Of a stretch of 64,000 bases of DNA, positions 1 through 10,053 are shown one piece after another. Every line of letters begins with the position of its first letter. Positions within the stretch are counted from its first letter, which is position 1. A model generated the notes under the pieces. The model had not been told where the DNA came from, made no database searches, and was given only the letters and a program-made list of their open reading frames with translations. Origin of the DNA: Naegleria gruberi. Taxonomy: Eukaryota. A program made the position numbers and the translations under genes. The stretch lies in NCBI GenBank assembly GCA_000004985.1, contig GG738876.1; one strand, given 5' to 3'.

Positions 1-24
1 GAACACAACACACATCACAAGGAA

Positions 25-909
25 ATGACTTTGATGAATGAACATACAAAGGCTGACATGTTAGAAAAAATCGCTCACAAACTTGTTGATATTGAAATGA
101 GAAAGAATGATTCTGAAATTTTGAGTGTTAAAGCTTTATACGGACAATTATTGGCTTTCAAATCTACTAAGGATTCTTTGAAGATTTTTGAATTGTTGGA
201 ATTGAAGCACGGAAGAGATGTTAAATATCATTTTAACAGAATTGTTGAAGGTTCATTCTATGAAAAGTTGAAGAGTAATCTTAAATACATTCCTGATGAA
301 GATGCTACCATTGTTGCTATTTACTTTGGAAAGCAAGTTGAAAAGGAAGAAGATGGTCAACAAGTTATGGCTGAAAAGAATGAAACTATCACCTTTGAAG
401 TTAACAAGTCAACAGGAAAGTTGGAACAAATCAAGAAGAACGAACACACTAGGAATTATTACACTTTGAACTATGTTACTCCAATAACCAAGGGACGAAC
501 AGAATTGAACGATTTCAAGATTACCATTGCTAGTTATGTTCCAAATGAAGTTGAACAAGACGAAAAGAAGGCAGAAATTGATTCATTCTTGAGTGGATGT
601 ATTAATACTTGGGATAACCAAAATAATACTCTCAATACTGAATTGTTGAAGAACCCACCAAGCCCTTACAGATTCAAGGGAACTATTGTCAAGTTCAAGA
701 AACACTACCACTCTGAAGATGGTGCTATCAAGGTTACTCTCCACGAAATTCACGATCTTGATACTAAGGCTATCAACTATGAAGTTGTTGTTGTCAGTGA
801 AGAACTTTACAGATACTTGGATGACAAGGAACTGAAGCCAGCTGACAAGAAGAAGAAGTATAAGGAAAGTCTCGAAAAGTTGACTGACTGGTTGTTCACA
901 AACCAATAA
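25..909 (+). CDS. Hypothetical K/E-rich protein (294 aa), no recognisable domain
   Basis: Long ORF from ATG at 25 with eukaryotic codon usage; no motif recognised by eye. Confidence 0.5.
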   Translation: MTLMNEHTKADMLEKIAHKLVDIEMRKNDSEILSVKALYGQLLAFKSTKDSLKIFELLELKHGRDVKYHFNRIVEGSFYEKLKSNLKYIPDEDATIVAIYFGKQVEKEEDGQQVMAEKNETITFEVNKSTGKLEQIKKNEHTRNYYTLNYVTPITKGRTELNDFKITIASYVPNEVEQDEKKAEIDSFLSGCINTWDNQNNTLNTELLKNPPSPYRFKGTIVKFKKHYHSEDGAIKVTLHEIHDLDTKAINYEVVVVSEELYRYLDDKELKPADKKKKYKESLEKLTDWLFTNQ

Positions 910-1038
910 ATTTACACAACTGCTTGAGTGTTTAATTTATTATCATTTCAATTATCCATTTTTTGTTATCCTATTTCAATTCAGTTTTCAAGTGTGGAGA
1001 ACTTGTGTTCATAGTACTCTGAACTTTAAATCAAAAAA

Positions 1039-1320
1039 ATGACTAACAAGTATAGCCTGCATAGTGACATGAAGATCTTTAGAACTCGTTTATTATTTGT
1101 TGGATGGGTGTTTGTCTTTCTATTCCCACCTGCTGTTCCTTGTCTATTGATGTATTATGAGAAGAGAAAGGTTGAGGCTGAGCACACTGAGACTGGAATT
1201 GGATGTTGTACGAATTATTATTTTGTTTGTGGAATGGTGGATGTTTGTACCATACTGTTGACAATACTAGGTTGGCTTCCTGGTTCAATATTCACAGCAG
1301 TACTATTATCTGGAATATAA
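1039..1320 (+). CDS. Pmp3/UPF0057-family plasma-membrane proteolipid with an inserted loop
   Basis: Two hydrophobic helices carrying the family motifs LFPPAVPCLL and DVCTILLTILGWLPGSIFTAV, comparable to yeast Pmp3 LFLPPVAVFL...ILTILAWFPG. Confidence 0.65.
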   Translation: MTNKYSLHSDMKIFRTRLLFVGWVFVFLFPPAVPCLLMYYEKRKVEAEHTETGIGCCTNYYFVCGMVDVCTILLTILGWLPGSIFTAVLLSGI

Positions 1321-1553
1321 TCATCTCCAACACAAAATTATACACTCACCCTATGAAAATAATTTGAAGAAAGAATAACAATTTTGAAGAGAATATTTAG
1401 AAAAGAAAATATTGCCATGGAGAACAATTCATAGCAATCATGAAAAAGTACCTTCCGATACCATTTGATCAAGTAATTAATTTGATAATAATAAATATCA
1501 TACGGCAATGATAATTTTAAAAATGATCAAGTATTGGAGATGAACTTAAAAAA

Positions 1554-2867
1554 ATGGAAAAGCAAGAAGAAATAGAAATTACAAACAATAACTTTGATTC
1601 GGAGGAGAGAATGGATCAACGAATGGATCAAGGGAAGGAAGGAATGGCTGATCATTATGGTTCTAGTGAAGATGAAGATACATTGTCTGATCAGTTGGTT
1701 GTTGAAGATGAAGAAGAATATGCTTATTATGATTGGGAAACGGTTGGATCTTCCTTACAAAATCAAGAAGAGGAACTAATTGATTTGTGGATGAGAATTA
1801 ATGATGCCTTTTCCGATAGGAAGAAATCCCTTGTCAACAAGTTTCAAGGAATTTCTAATAATTTGAAAAGAGAATTGGAAAATCAAAAGTTACAACTCAA
1901 ACAAAAGAAGGAAACATTAGTAAGGGAAATGAATCAGCCAGAGAATGTCAAGACCAAGGACAAGTATGCATTTACAATTGGTGTTTTGATTATGGTTTCT
2001 TCAACTTTCCTCTTGGCAAAATATCCCTACCTATTACCAGATTATTACATTGTAATGAGTGTAATTCTGATGGTGATTAGATTCTTTCACTATCATGGAA
2101 TGGGATTCCACTACTTTATGTTAGATTTTTGCTATTTGGCCAACTTTATCTTGATCTTTTATTTGGGATTTTATACAAACAGTCCTCACCTGTTTTTACT
2201 GAACTTTGTAAACAGCAGTGGACCTCTTGCAATTGCCATTGTAATGTGGAGAAATTCATTGGTATTTCATTCGATTGAAAAGGTAACTTCAGTCTTTATA
2301 CACATCTTCCCAGCCATTGTAACATTTGCGTTGAGGTGGTTAATGTTTAATGACAACACTCAAACACCAAAAATTATAACACCAATTGGGGAGAGCTACT
2401 CTATTTGTGTCAATGAAGATTGTTATGTATCATTGGTTGACATTTACGTACCTCACATTTGCTTATTCATATTTTGGCAATTAAGCTATACAATCAAGAC
2501 ACATTTCCTTGACAGAGAATATCTACAAAAACAAAATAATATTCAAACCAGCTACAATTACCTTATCAAGTCTAAAGCGTTCATTCAAACATTGAGTGAC
2601 AAGTTGTATGGAAAGGAACATAGACTTTTAGGATTCATTTCTTTACAATTTTTATTTCATATGTGTACTTTGATTCCTATAAAATTTATGTTTGACCATT
2701 TTTGGGTTCATGTGGCTGTGTTGACAAGTGTATTCTTGGTTTCTGTTTGGAATGGAGCCAACTTTTACTTTGAGAGATTTGCAAAGGTTTATCTTCATGA
2801 CTTGAGAAAGATGGCAGAAAAATTGGAGATGGAAAACAAAGAACAAACTTCAGCAATCACTCAATGA
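1554..2867 (+). CDS. Polytopic membrane protein, probable glycerophosphocholine acyltransferase (GPCAT/DUF2838-like)
   Basis: Acidic N-terminus then about 8 TM helices; the motif HYFMLDFCYLANFILIFYL resembles GPCAT-family proteins. Family assignment is from memory and needs an HMM check. Confidence 0.45.
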   Translation: MEKQEEIEITNNNFDSEERMDQRMDQGKEGMADHYGSSEDEDTLSDQLVVEDEEEYAYYDWETVGSSLQNQEEELIDLWMRINDAFSDRKKSLVNKFQGISNNLKRELENQKLQLKQKKETLVREMNQPENVKTKDKYAFTIGVLIMVSSTFLLAKYPYLLPDYYIVMSVILMVIRFFHYHGMGFHYFMLDFCYLANFILIFYLGFYTNSPHLFLLNFVNSSGPLAIAIVMWRNSLVFHSIEKVTSVFIHIFPAIVTFALRWLMFNDNTQTPKIITPIGESYSICVNEDCYVSLVDIYVPHICLFIFWQLSYTIKTHFLDREYLQKQNNIQTSYNYLIKSKAFIQTLSDKLYGKEHRLLGFISLQFLFHMCTLIPIKFMFDHFWVHVAVLTSVFLVSVWNGANFYFERFAKVYLHDLRKMAEKLEMENKEQTSAITQ

Positions 2868-3106
2868 TAGCGACAAGCAATTTGTAGAGATGACATAATT
2901 TTTTCCAATATTATACTTTTCTAGATAGTACGGTTAAAAAAGCCCTTACAATTTGGAGCTGAAGAACTGATTTTTCTTACTAATTCGTCTAATATTTGCC
3001 ATGGCAGGATTTTTCAGTGATTCTCAGGATGATGCGGTGAGGACACTCTGTAAACTTTTATGAATGTACTCAGGAGTTTGACAGATATTAATAATTCAAA
3101 AAGAAC

Positions 3107-4006
3107 ATGTCGACAAGGGTGACTGAAAGTATTCACAGGTTGCTCTCCTCCTTCAGATCTCTTGACTCTCTGTTGGAATCTTCAGGAGTGGAACACAAAC
3201 ACGAATCACTCAATGTTCTCAAAGGTTATCTTGTAAATAGAAGGAATAGCGAATTGATGGAGTGTATTCTCTTCATCAGAAATTGTAATAATAATGTATA
3301 TACTGTAGATAGTTTCATAGAATTTTATAGAGAGTTTATCAATGTAAATAGTAACAAGTCCTTGAATTTACCAAGCCAAGCAATTCAACAAGCTTTTGAT
3401 CTCTATCAACAATTAACCTGTACAAAAGTCATTTCAAATCATCAATTAATTTCACTCAAGATTGAATCAATTATAAAGAATATTTTCAATCTTATTGAGT
3501 ATCAGATAGATATTGAAATATTACCACAATTCAGAAAGTCAACTGAATACAAGACATATATTTTAGAGAAAGTCATCGAGTTGGGAAGTGATAATCCGCA
3601 ACAACCATCTGGTTTATCTTCTTCACAGAGGGGAAGTTGCCATGACTTGACAGCACATTTAGATGATGCACTTTCGGATTCTGATCAAGATCAGCTCGAT
3701 AAGTCAACAACTATCGAACATATGTTAAAGGAGGGTAACATGTTGGAACATCTCAAAGCATTCCAAAAGAAAAAATTAATTCATCTCTATCAGATTAAAG
3801 ACTTTACAACGCAAGATCTAAAAGACAAGATTGGTATTAAAAAGATTGGACATTTGAAAAGAATTGTACGTCTAGTTAATCAACATTTCAATAATAAACC
3901 CAACGATCTTTCATTGTATTGGTTTGGCTCATTCTCTTTTCACATTTTGTTCCTAACATTTCTCATTGAGAAAGAATGTATTCAGTCTCAATTAGATTCT
4001 GATTGA
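3107..4006 (+). CDS. Hypothetical protein with a C-terminal SAM (sterile-alpha-motif)-like segment
   Basis: ORF of 299 aa; the segment EHLKAFQKKKLIHLYQIKDFTTQDLKDKIGIKKIGHLKRIV fits the SAM consensus. Confidence 0.4.
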   Translation: MSTRVTESIHRLLSSFRSLDSLLESSGVEHKHESLNVLKGYLVNRRNSELMECILFIRNCNNNVYTVDSFIEFYREFINVNSNKSLNLPSQAIQQAFDLYQQLTCTKVISNHQLISLKIESIIKNIFNLIEYQIDIEILPQFRKSTEYKTYILEKVIELGSDNPQQPSGLSSSQRGSCHDLTAHLDDALSDSDQDQLDKSTTIEHMLKEGNMLEHLKAFQKKKLIHLYQIKDFTTQDLKDKIGIKKIGHLKRIVRLVNQHFNNKPNDLSLYWFGSFSFHILFLTFLIEKECIQSQLDSD

Positions 4007-4332
4007 TTCTCAAGGTTTTACGATAATTCCTTCCCATTGAACGTTGATATATATTTAAGTAAATAATTCAATTCAAAACTCTCCAAATATTTCATTGTAA
4101 TGGCCAGCTCATTCCAAATCTCAAATGTCTTTCCTTATAAAGGGAGATTTCTGGATGCCCCTAATTACCTTTCTCTACAAATTCAATAAAACGGTAAAAT
4201 CTATTTATTAATACATTATAGAAACTAGATGTATTTACTATTTCACTCCAAAGACCAAATACAAATTGATTCAATTCTGCCTTAAATAGTTCGATTTCCA
4301 GCAAACTATTAGAAAACAACAAAAAAAACAAA

Positions 4333-5310
4333 ATGAAAACAAGTTTAATTATTGCAGCAATTGCAATTCTACTCTTCATTGCAGTTGTACAAGCAACTGA
4401 CAGCTATGCTCCAAAGCCTGACAGTTATGCTCCAAAGCCAGACAGTTACAAGCCACCTGTTAAGAGAGTGTGCAAGAAGAAATGTGTTGCTCACAAGTAT
4501 GTCAATGGAAAGTGTTTGAAACATAAGATTGTTGGTCAAAAGAAGGTCTGTGATAAGTATGCTATTGTTGGTGCTGGAAAATGCTTGAAATACAAAAAGT
4601 TCTCCAAGTGTGACAAGTACAGTAAGCCAATTAAGAAGTGTGTTAAGCATGCATACAAGAAGACTACTTGTGCTAAGAAGAAGTACTGGAAGGTTTGCGA
4701 TTCTTATGGAAGTAAGAAGGTCTGTGCTAAGAAGGCAAGCAAGAAGTATTGTGCCAAGTATGAAAATGTCACCAAGTGTGTCAAACATGCTACCAAGAAG
4801 GTCTGTAAGAAATTCAAGAAGGTTCCAATTAAGAAGTGTGAAAAGAAGAAGGTCTGTGACAAGTACACCACTGATTCATATGCTCCAGCCAAGTGCAAAT
4901 ATGTTAAGAAGTGTAAGGTTGTCTCCTATGCTAAGAAGTGTTGTCAATATAAGAAGATTAAGTATTGTAAGCAAAAGAAGACTTTCAAGAAGTGTTGTCA
5001 ATATAAGACTAAGCATTATTGTGCCAAGCATAAGACTATCAAATTCTGTAAGCACAAGAAGACTTTGAGCAAGTGTATCAAGTACAATAAGAAGAAGTAC
5101 TGTTGTCAATATAAGACCATTCCTTCCAAGTGTATCCATAAGAAGCATTGGAAGAAGTGTGTTAAAAAGTCAAAGGGAAAGAGAATTTGTAAGAAGCACA
5201 AGTTGACTGGTGGAAAGAAGGTCTGTAAGAAGTATGCTCAAAAGAAGGTCTGTGCTAAGAGAAAGAAGGTCTGTAAGAAGGTTGACTCTTATTTTGGTAA
5301 GAAGTGGTAA
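4333..5310 (+). CDS. Secreted, extremely Lys/Cys-rich repetitive protein
   Basis: N-terminal signal peptide MKTSLIIAAIAILLFIAVVQA; DSYAPKP repeats; dozens of KKVC / KKCCQYK units. The antisense ORFs in this region are repeat artefacts. Confidence 0.7.
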   Translation: MKTSLIIAAIAILLFIAVVQATDSYAPKPDSYAPKPDSYKPPVKRVCKKKCVAHKYVNGKCLKHKIVGQKKVCDKYAIVGAGKCLKYKKFSKCDKYSKPIKKCVKHAYKKTTCAKKKYWKVCDSYGSKKVCAKKASKKYCAKYENVTKCVKHATKKVCKKFKKVPIKKCEKKKVCDKYTTDSYAPAKCKYVKKCKVVSYAKKCCQYKKIKYCKQKKTFKKCCQYKTKHYCAKHKTIKFCKHKKTLSKCIKYNKKKYCCQYKTIPSKCIHKKHWKKCVKKSKGKRICKKHKLTGGKKVCKKYAQKKVCAKRKKVCKKVDSYFGKKW

Positions 5311-5417
5311 GGTGAAGGAGATGAAACAATTTTGAAAATTTTGTAATTTTGAAATGAAATAGTGAGAATAAATGTGTTCACCTTAATATATATTCGAAAT
5401 GATCATATCATGCTTCT

Positions 5418-5913
5418 CTAATCAATAATTGATTGTAAACTTTGTAAATGAGCCTCAATTCGAGAAGATTTCTTTTTCATATCTTCAATTTCCTTATTAA
5501 ATTGTTCAGTGAGAGGTTCCACTAGCATCATTTGTGATTTTTCAAATCGGAGTCGTATTGTTTTTTTCTCATTCTCTAGTGAACTAATTACTTTTTGAAT
5601 GGTGGCATGATTTTTTTTGGATTTGATGATTTCCTCTTGTTTTAATTCGAATAGTTCGAGAAGGTTCATTTTGGCGACTGTGTAATTCTCTGCTCGAATG
5701 ATCGTGAATGATTTTAAGTGGTACTTTCACAATAATTACAATTAATTTCGAATAACCTTCCAGCAGATTCCTCCAAAATATTTCGGAATTAATTAATTGA
5801 TCGTGAGTTGATTTGTCGATAGAGAGAATACTTCCAAGATGTTTCACGGAGAGGAATGTAAATATTTCTATTAGAATTTCTGTTGGTAAAGAGATTGACA
5901 TTTTTTTAAACAT
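5418..5913 (-). CDS. F-box protein with C-terminal coiled-coil (probably two exons)
   Basis: N-terminal F-box LPTEILIEIFTFLSVKHLGSILSI...FWRNLL (ORF 5584..5913). An in-frame coiled-coil ORF 5418..5669 lies immediately downstream; a short intron near 5670-5720 probably joins them but I could not fix its borders. Confidence 0.45.
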
Positions 5914-6076
5914 GAAAACTAACCTAACACGTTCGAAACTTTAATTTTGAAGGTTTGGATGGCTTCATATCATTTTCTTGTCATGGTGATAGAACATGTA
6001 CCAATTTCTTCAAACACATAATAAACATTTCGTTTTTGTTTCATTGAAATCATAAAGATCTCAAGTACTTAGTTTT

Positions 6077-8014
6077 TTAAAGCTCCTTTTTAATGAAAAC
6101 TGAATGATAGGAACGAAATGGATTTCTAATATCTTGATTTCTTCTATAAGAAGATGATGAGGATGTTTGTTGTGATATCTGATCTACATCTTCACTATAG
6201 TCCACTTCAAATCCATATAATTTTTCACCATCTTGATATTTGAGAGAGCTAATGAGATTGGACCACTCTTCTCTAGATCTATATTCTGCATAGTATTCAG
6301 TGCAAAAATTTGGCATTTCTCTAGGAGAAGACCAAACCATAGAGTACAGTCCGTGCATAATGTCCAACACGAGTGAAATCTCTGTGGGTGTGCAATCGTG
6401 TTCTCTAATAATGAATACACCACCAGGTTCTAAAACTCTGTGAATTTCCTTGATGGTCTCCTCTACATTCTTAATGTGATGAAGAGACATAAGGGCTACC
6501 ACAAGAGAAAACGAATTAGACTCATAGGGAAGCTTATTATTATCCTCACTGATGAGTGTAAAGGTAAATCCTGTTGTGTAACTCTTTCCAATATCTCTGA
6601 CATCGCAGCCGTGAATGTTTTCCTTACTTAATCCCAATTCAGTACCAACTACAGCAGTAATGGATCCTTCTGAACATCCAATGTCTAACATGTTTCTTAT
6701 TTTTGCATTGCTTGGAAGAATTTCCTTAATCTTACTCGATCTATTGTTTGCTCTATATGACGTATCAACAGATGAATCAGATGTCATTTTGGTTAAATTC
6801 ACAGGATTTTCTTGAAGATATTCACGTGATTTGAATATTTCGTTCTGAAACAAGTTGTAAAGTTGATCATAAATTTCCTGATCCTTCTCGTATTGTTCTA
6901 TAATTTTTCCAATCTTGTTTTGTACAATTTCTTGTTGCTTGAAACATTTCCTGAGCATTTGTTTTGAAAGAATTTGAATAAATCTCTTCTTGATATCTCC
7001 AGCAGAATTGAACCAAACATAACTGAATTGTTTTTGGGAGAGTACAGTTGGAAGACCATTCTTATCCAAATCCGTTTCCTTATCTGTATCTGATTCGAGA
7101 ATTGGCAATATAGCTACCATTGTATGGCCATCTTGAATGTTTCTATTTTCAATGATTTTTCTCGTTTTGCATTTTCCCTCTATTTGTTTCACCAGAGCTT
7201 CTGATTCTTCGTCTCTACCTCTGAAAATAAGTAAGGGACATTCTAAATCTTCCAAAATCTCTCTACTCATTTCACAAAGTGAATTAGTTTTGTCCTCAGC
7301 AGATTCGAATAATTTTGTCTTTGAAAAGAGGTCAATGTCAACATATATTATAGATTTGAAATATTCTACTTTTGAGTAGGATTCCCTCATCCAATCCATG
7401 AAATCCTGATTTACACAATTTACCAAATCATTAAATTTGAAGGATTTCAAATTATCTTTCAAACATTCAAATATTTCTCTATTATTTTCTACAGCCACAA
7501 TATTATCAAAGGATCCACTCTTTCTAATTAATAATAAACTTGTAGCTCCAACTCCAGCAAAACCATCTATAAGAGTATTCTTACTTCTACTCTTCTTTGA
7601 ATAGCTGAGTAATGGACAATTTTCATCTCTTACATCCAAAATCCAATTCATCATTAAAAGTTGTGATTCTTCTGGAACGAAACTCTTATAATCCAAACCA
7701 GCCAACTTGGCTAATTTATAATCACGGAATGGAAAGGCATCCTCCAAGTCTCTACATTTACTTGCTCCAATTTTATTCCTCTTATTGTAACTTCCTCTAT
7801 CATTGTGATGAGAAGATGATGAAGAAGAGTAATTCTGTTTCTTTCCATCATGATTATATTCATCTTTATTGTATTTTCCATAATCATCATAATTTCTCTT
7901 CTTATTGTAGGAACCATATGATGATGTCGAGTAATTATTCTTGTTATTACTTCGTCCCGAGGAATTATTGTATGAAGAATTGGATGATGAATTGTGATGA
8001 TAATTTCTTCTCAT
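6077..8014 (-). CDS. Two-domain tRNA-modification-like methyltransferase: Met-10+/Trm5-TYW2-like domain plus Trm9/ALKBH8-like class I SAM MTase domain
   Basis: N/S/Y-rich low-complexity N-terminus. LIDGFAGVGATSLLL...IVAVENNREIFECLKDNL fits the Met-10+ motifs (DxFAGxG; acEwNP...L..N). The C-terminal MLDIGCSEGS...LMSLHHIKNVEETIKEIHRVLEPGGVFIIREHD fits the Trm9-type motifs (VLDVGCGNG; AVIHHL; VLRPGG). Confidence 0.55.
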   Translation of the reverse strand: MRRNYHHNSSSNSSYNNSSGRSNNKNNYSTSSYGSYNKKRNYDDYGKYNKDEYNHDGKKQNYSSSSSSHHNDRGSYNKRNKIGASKCRDLEDAFPFRDYKLAKLAGLDYKSFVPEESQLLMMNWILDVRDENCPLLSYSKKSRSKNTLIDGFAGVGATSLLLIRKSGSFDNIVAVENNREIFECLKDNLKSFKFNDLVNCVNQDFMDWMRESYSKVEYFKSIIYVDIDLFSKTKLFESAEDKTNSLCEMSREILEDLECPLLIFRGRDEESEALVKQIEGKCKTRKIIENRNIQDGHTMVAILPILESDTDKETDLDKNGLPTVLSQKQFSYVWFNSAGDIKKRFIQILSKQMLRKCFKQQEIVQNKIGKIIEQYEKDQEIYDQLYNLFQNEIFKSREYLQENPVNLTKMTSDSSVDTSYRANNRSSKIKEILPSNAKIRNMLDIGCSEGSITAVVGTELGLSKENIHGCDVRDIGKSYTTGFTFTLISEDNNKLPYESNSFSLVVALMSLHHIKNVEETIKEIHRVLEPGGVFIIREHDCTPTEISLVLDIMHGLYSMVWSSPREMPNFCTEYYAEYRSREEWSNLISSLKYQDGEKLYGFEVDYSEDVDQISQQTSSSSSYRRNQDIRNPFRSYHSVFIKKEL

Positions 8015-8089
8015 TTTTTTTAATAATTAAAAATAGAAATTATTTACAAAATTAAATAATTAAAAGTAAAATAAATATTATAAAATGTA

Positions 8090-9760
8090 TTATATCAAAT
8101 TAACGTAGGATTTCTTTCTATAAATTCTACAATAAATAGTGGTCACTGAAATGATTAGTCCAGCCACCAGTAAAGCTCCAATTATACTAAACGAAACTGA
8201 AAGAGGAACAACTAGATCATTCACTGGACTTGGAGTATAAACTTGGAATGAGAATGAACACTGCTCAGATGGATCAGTACTTGAACATTGCAAAAGGAAT
8301 GCGATATTTTTGGTGGTTTCTGAAATTGGTAAGTTGAATTTTCTCTTTTCTTGTTTTGGTAATAAGGTAAACTTTTCTGAAAAGCTAACAGGAGATGGCA
8401 ATGGAATGCTATCATAAACATCATCTTGGATATAAATTTCCAGTTTTGTTTCATCAGATTTTGAGAGGGTATTGAAATTACCTTCCATAACGAGCTTTCT
8501 TGAATTTGAGATTGGAATTGCAAAGTAAATATTTTCTCCCACCTTGATAGTACCATTGATTTGTTCGTAAACTTTGTGGATGACCGGGGATGGTTTGAAT
8601 TCTGTTTGACCCATGATTGATAGGACAGTTTGATTCTTAATTGGATTCAATTCGAATTGCAAAATTTCAGATGTGTTGGAGGCAAGTTTAGTATAGCTAG
8701 ATTCGTAAAAGACTCCTTCGAATTGTGTAGCTACCAATAAACTATCATCTAGTAAATTCACTTGTTTTCCATTAATATCTGTTCTTGTGTTGTTAATCGA
8801 TTCAAAAGTATACTTGATGGTAAGTCTTGAAATATAATCTGGAATATTTGCTGTTCCATTATCTGTTTTGAAAGTGAATGAAAATGCATCCAGGAAGATA
8901 TACTCTCGATTTCTAAAACGGTGGAATTTCATATCTTTGGAATTGTAAGGGTTAAGATTAAATTGAATTGGAATGCTTGGTTGTGAAAATAATAATCTCA
9001 TTCTTCTATCAGGAAATTGAGTGAGTGGCAATGAGAAGGAAGAATGATAGGATAAATCAACATTCTCTCCCATTTGAATTTCCTTCTCAATTGGCTTACT
9101 ATTAGACACAATTTGAATAGTAATATTTTCAATGTTCCATTTTTCAAGTGCACCCAAATCAAATTGCAAACCATCTTTGAAACTGGAAGAATCTATTATT
9201 TCCTCCTTGTTTCTTACTAGAATTCTCATAGATTTTGGATCCACATTCAATACACCAATTTTATCCCAAACAATAAAACCCATTGTCACATTGTGTGAAT
9301 TATTGAAAGATTCCCTCGGGAAGTAAAATTCATACGAATCCATCAAGTAATAAGTCGAGTTATCAATCATTGAAAAGCATCTCCCTTCACAATTCTTTGT
9401 CGCCTCAAATTCAATGATTGGTTCGGAACTGTTTCCTTCAGGAATTGGAGCTGCAAAGATCAAATTGACACCAGCCAACTCTGACAAGGCAGATGGTAAG
9501 AAGAATAATTCACTCAGTGCCGTTTCATTATTAACACGAAACCATTTTGAAACTCTGCCCAACTCGCCAATATTACACGAATCAGCCTTCACCATATTAT
9601 CCATTCCATTCACTATCATCATCAGCAGCACTATTGCAATCATCAACATGCTTGAAATCACAGAATGCTTTCCCAATCGGTGATAATCAACTAGAGCACG
9701 ATTATTTCCTCTTCTTCTTGTTACAGCAGCTGCTCCGTTAAAATCTTGAATCATTTTCAA
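8090..9760 (-). CDS. Type I membrane glycoprotein-like hypothetical protein (556 aa)
   Basis: N-terminal signal/anchor MLMIAIVLLMMIVNG, large N-glyco-sequon-rich ectodomain, single C-terminal TM IIGALLVAGLIISVTTIY plus short basic tail. Confidence 0.5.
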   Translation of the reverse strand: MKMIQDFNGAAAVTRRRGNNRALVDYHRLGKHSVISSMLMIAIVLLMMIVNGMDNMVKADSCNIGELGRVSKWFRVNNETALSELFFLPSALSELAGVNLIFAAPIPEGNSSEPIIEFEATKNCEGRCFSMIDNSTYYLMDSYEFYFPRESFNNSHNVTMGFIVWDKIGVLNVDPKSMRILVRNKEEIIDSSSFKDGLQFDLGALEKWNIENITIQIVSNSKPIEKEIQMGENVDLSYHSSFSLPLTQFPDRRMRLLFSQPSIPIQFNLNPYNSKDMKFHRFRNREYIFLDAFSFTFKTDNGTANIPDYISRLTIKYTFESINNTRTDINGKQVNLLDDSLLVATQFEGVFYESSYTKLASNTSEILQFELNPIKNQTVLSIMGQTEFKPSPVIHKVYEQINGTIKVGENIYFAIPISNSRKLVMEGNFNTLSKSDETKLEIYIQDDVYDSIPLPSPVSFSEKFTLLPKQEKRKFNLPISETTKNIAFLLQCSSTDPSEQCSFSFQVYTPSPVNDLVVPLSVSFSIIGALLVAGLIISVTTIYCRIYRKKSYVNLI

Positions 9761-10053
9761 AGATTTGGTGTGGGACTTTTTTTTTTGGTTTGAGATTTTT
9801 CAAAAATCGTTTTTCTAGAATGCTTCCAATTTGTTTTGACTGAATTTTGATGAGCCAAGCAAAGCGCGTAAAATAGTATTGTAACACAACAAAATTGTTC
9901 CATTGCACAATGAGAAGATATTGAGGGTAACCATCTAAAAGATAGGTTAGGACCTAGATATATGGTATAAGGCAGGTTGACTTGTATTGAAAATAAATAT
10001 TATTTAAATATTTACAATTTAATAAAATTTAAATTAAATATTCCTTTAAAAAA

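Noticed and set aside
583-906. 107-aa minus-strand ORF inside gene 25..909
   Set aside because: It is fully nested antisense in a longer, better-supported ORF. It is hydrophobic low-complexity and lacks a start context.
4369-5148. Several 60-150-aa ORFs overlapping the K/C-rich gene on both strands
   Set aside because: They are by-products of AAG/AAGAAG-rich repeats. Only the + frame starting at 4333 has a signal peptide and consistent Cys spacing.
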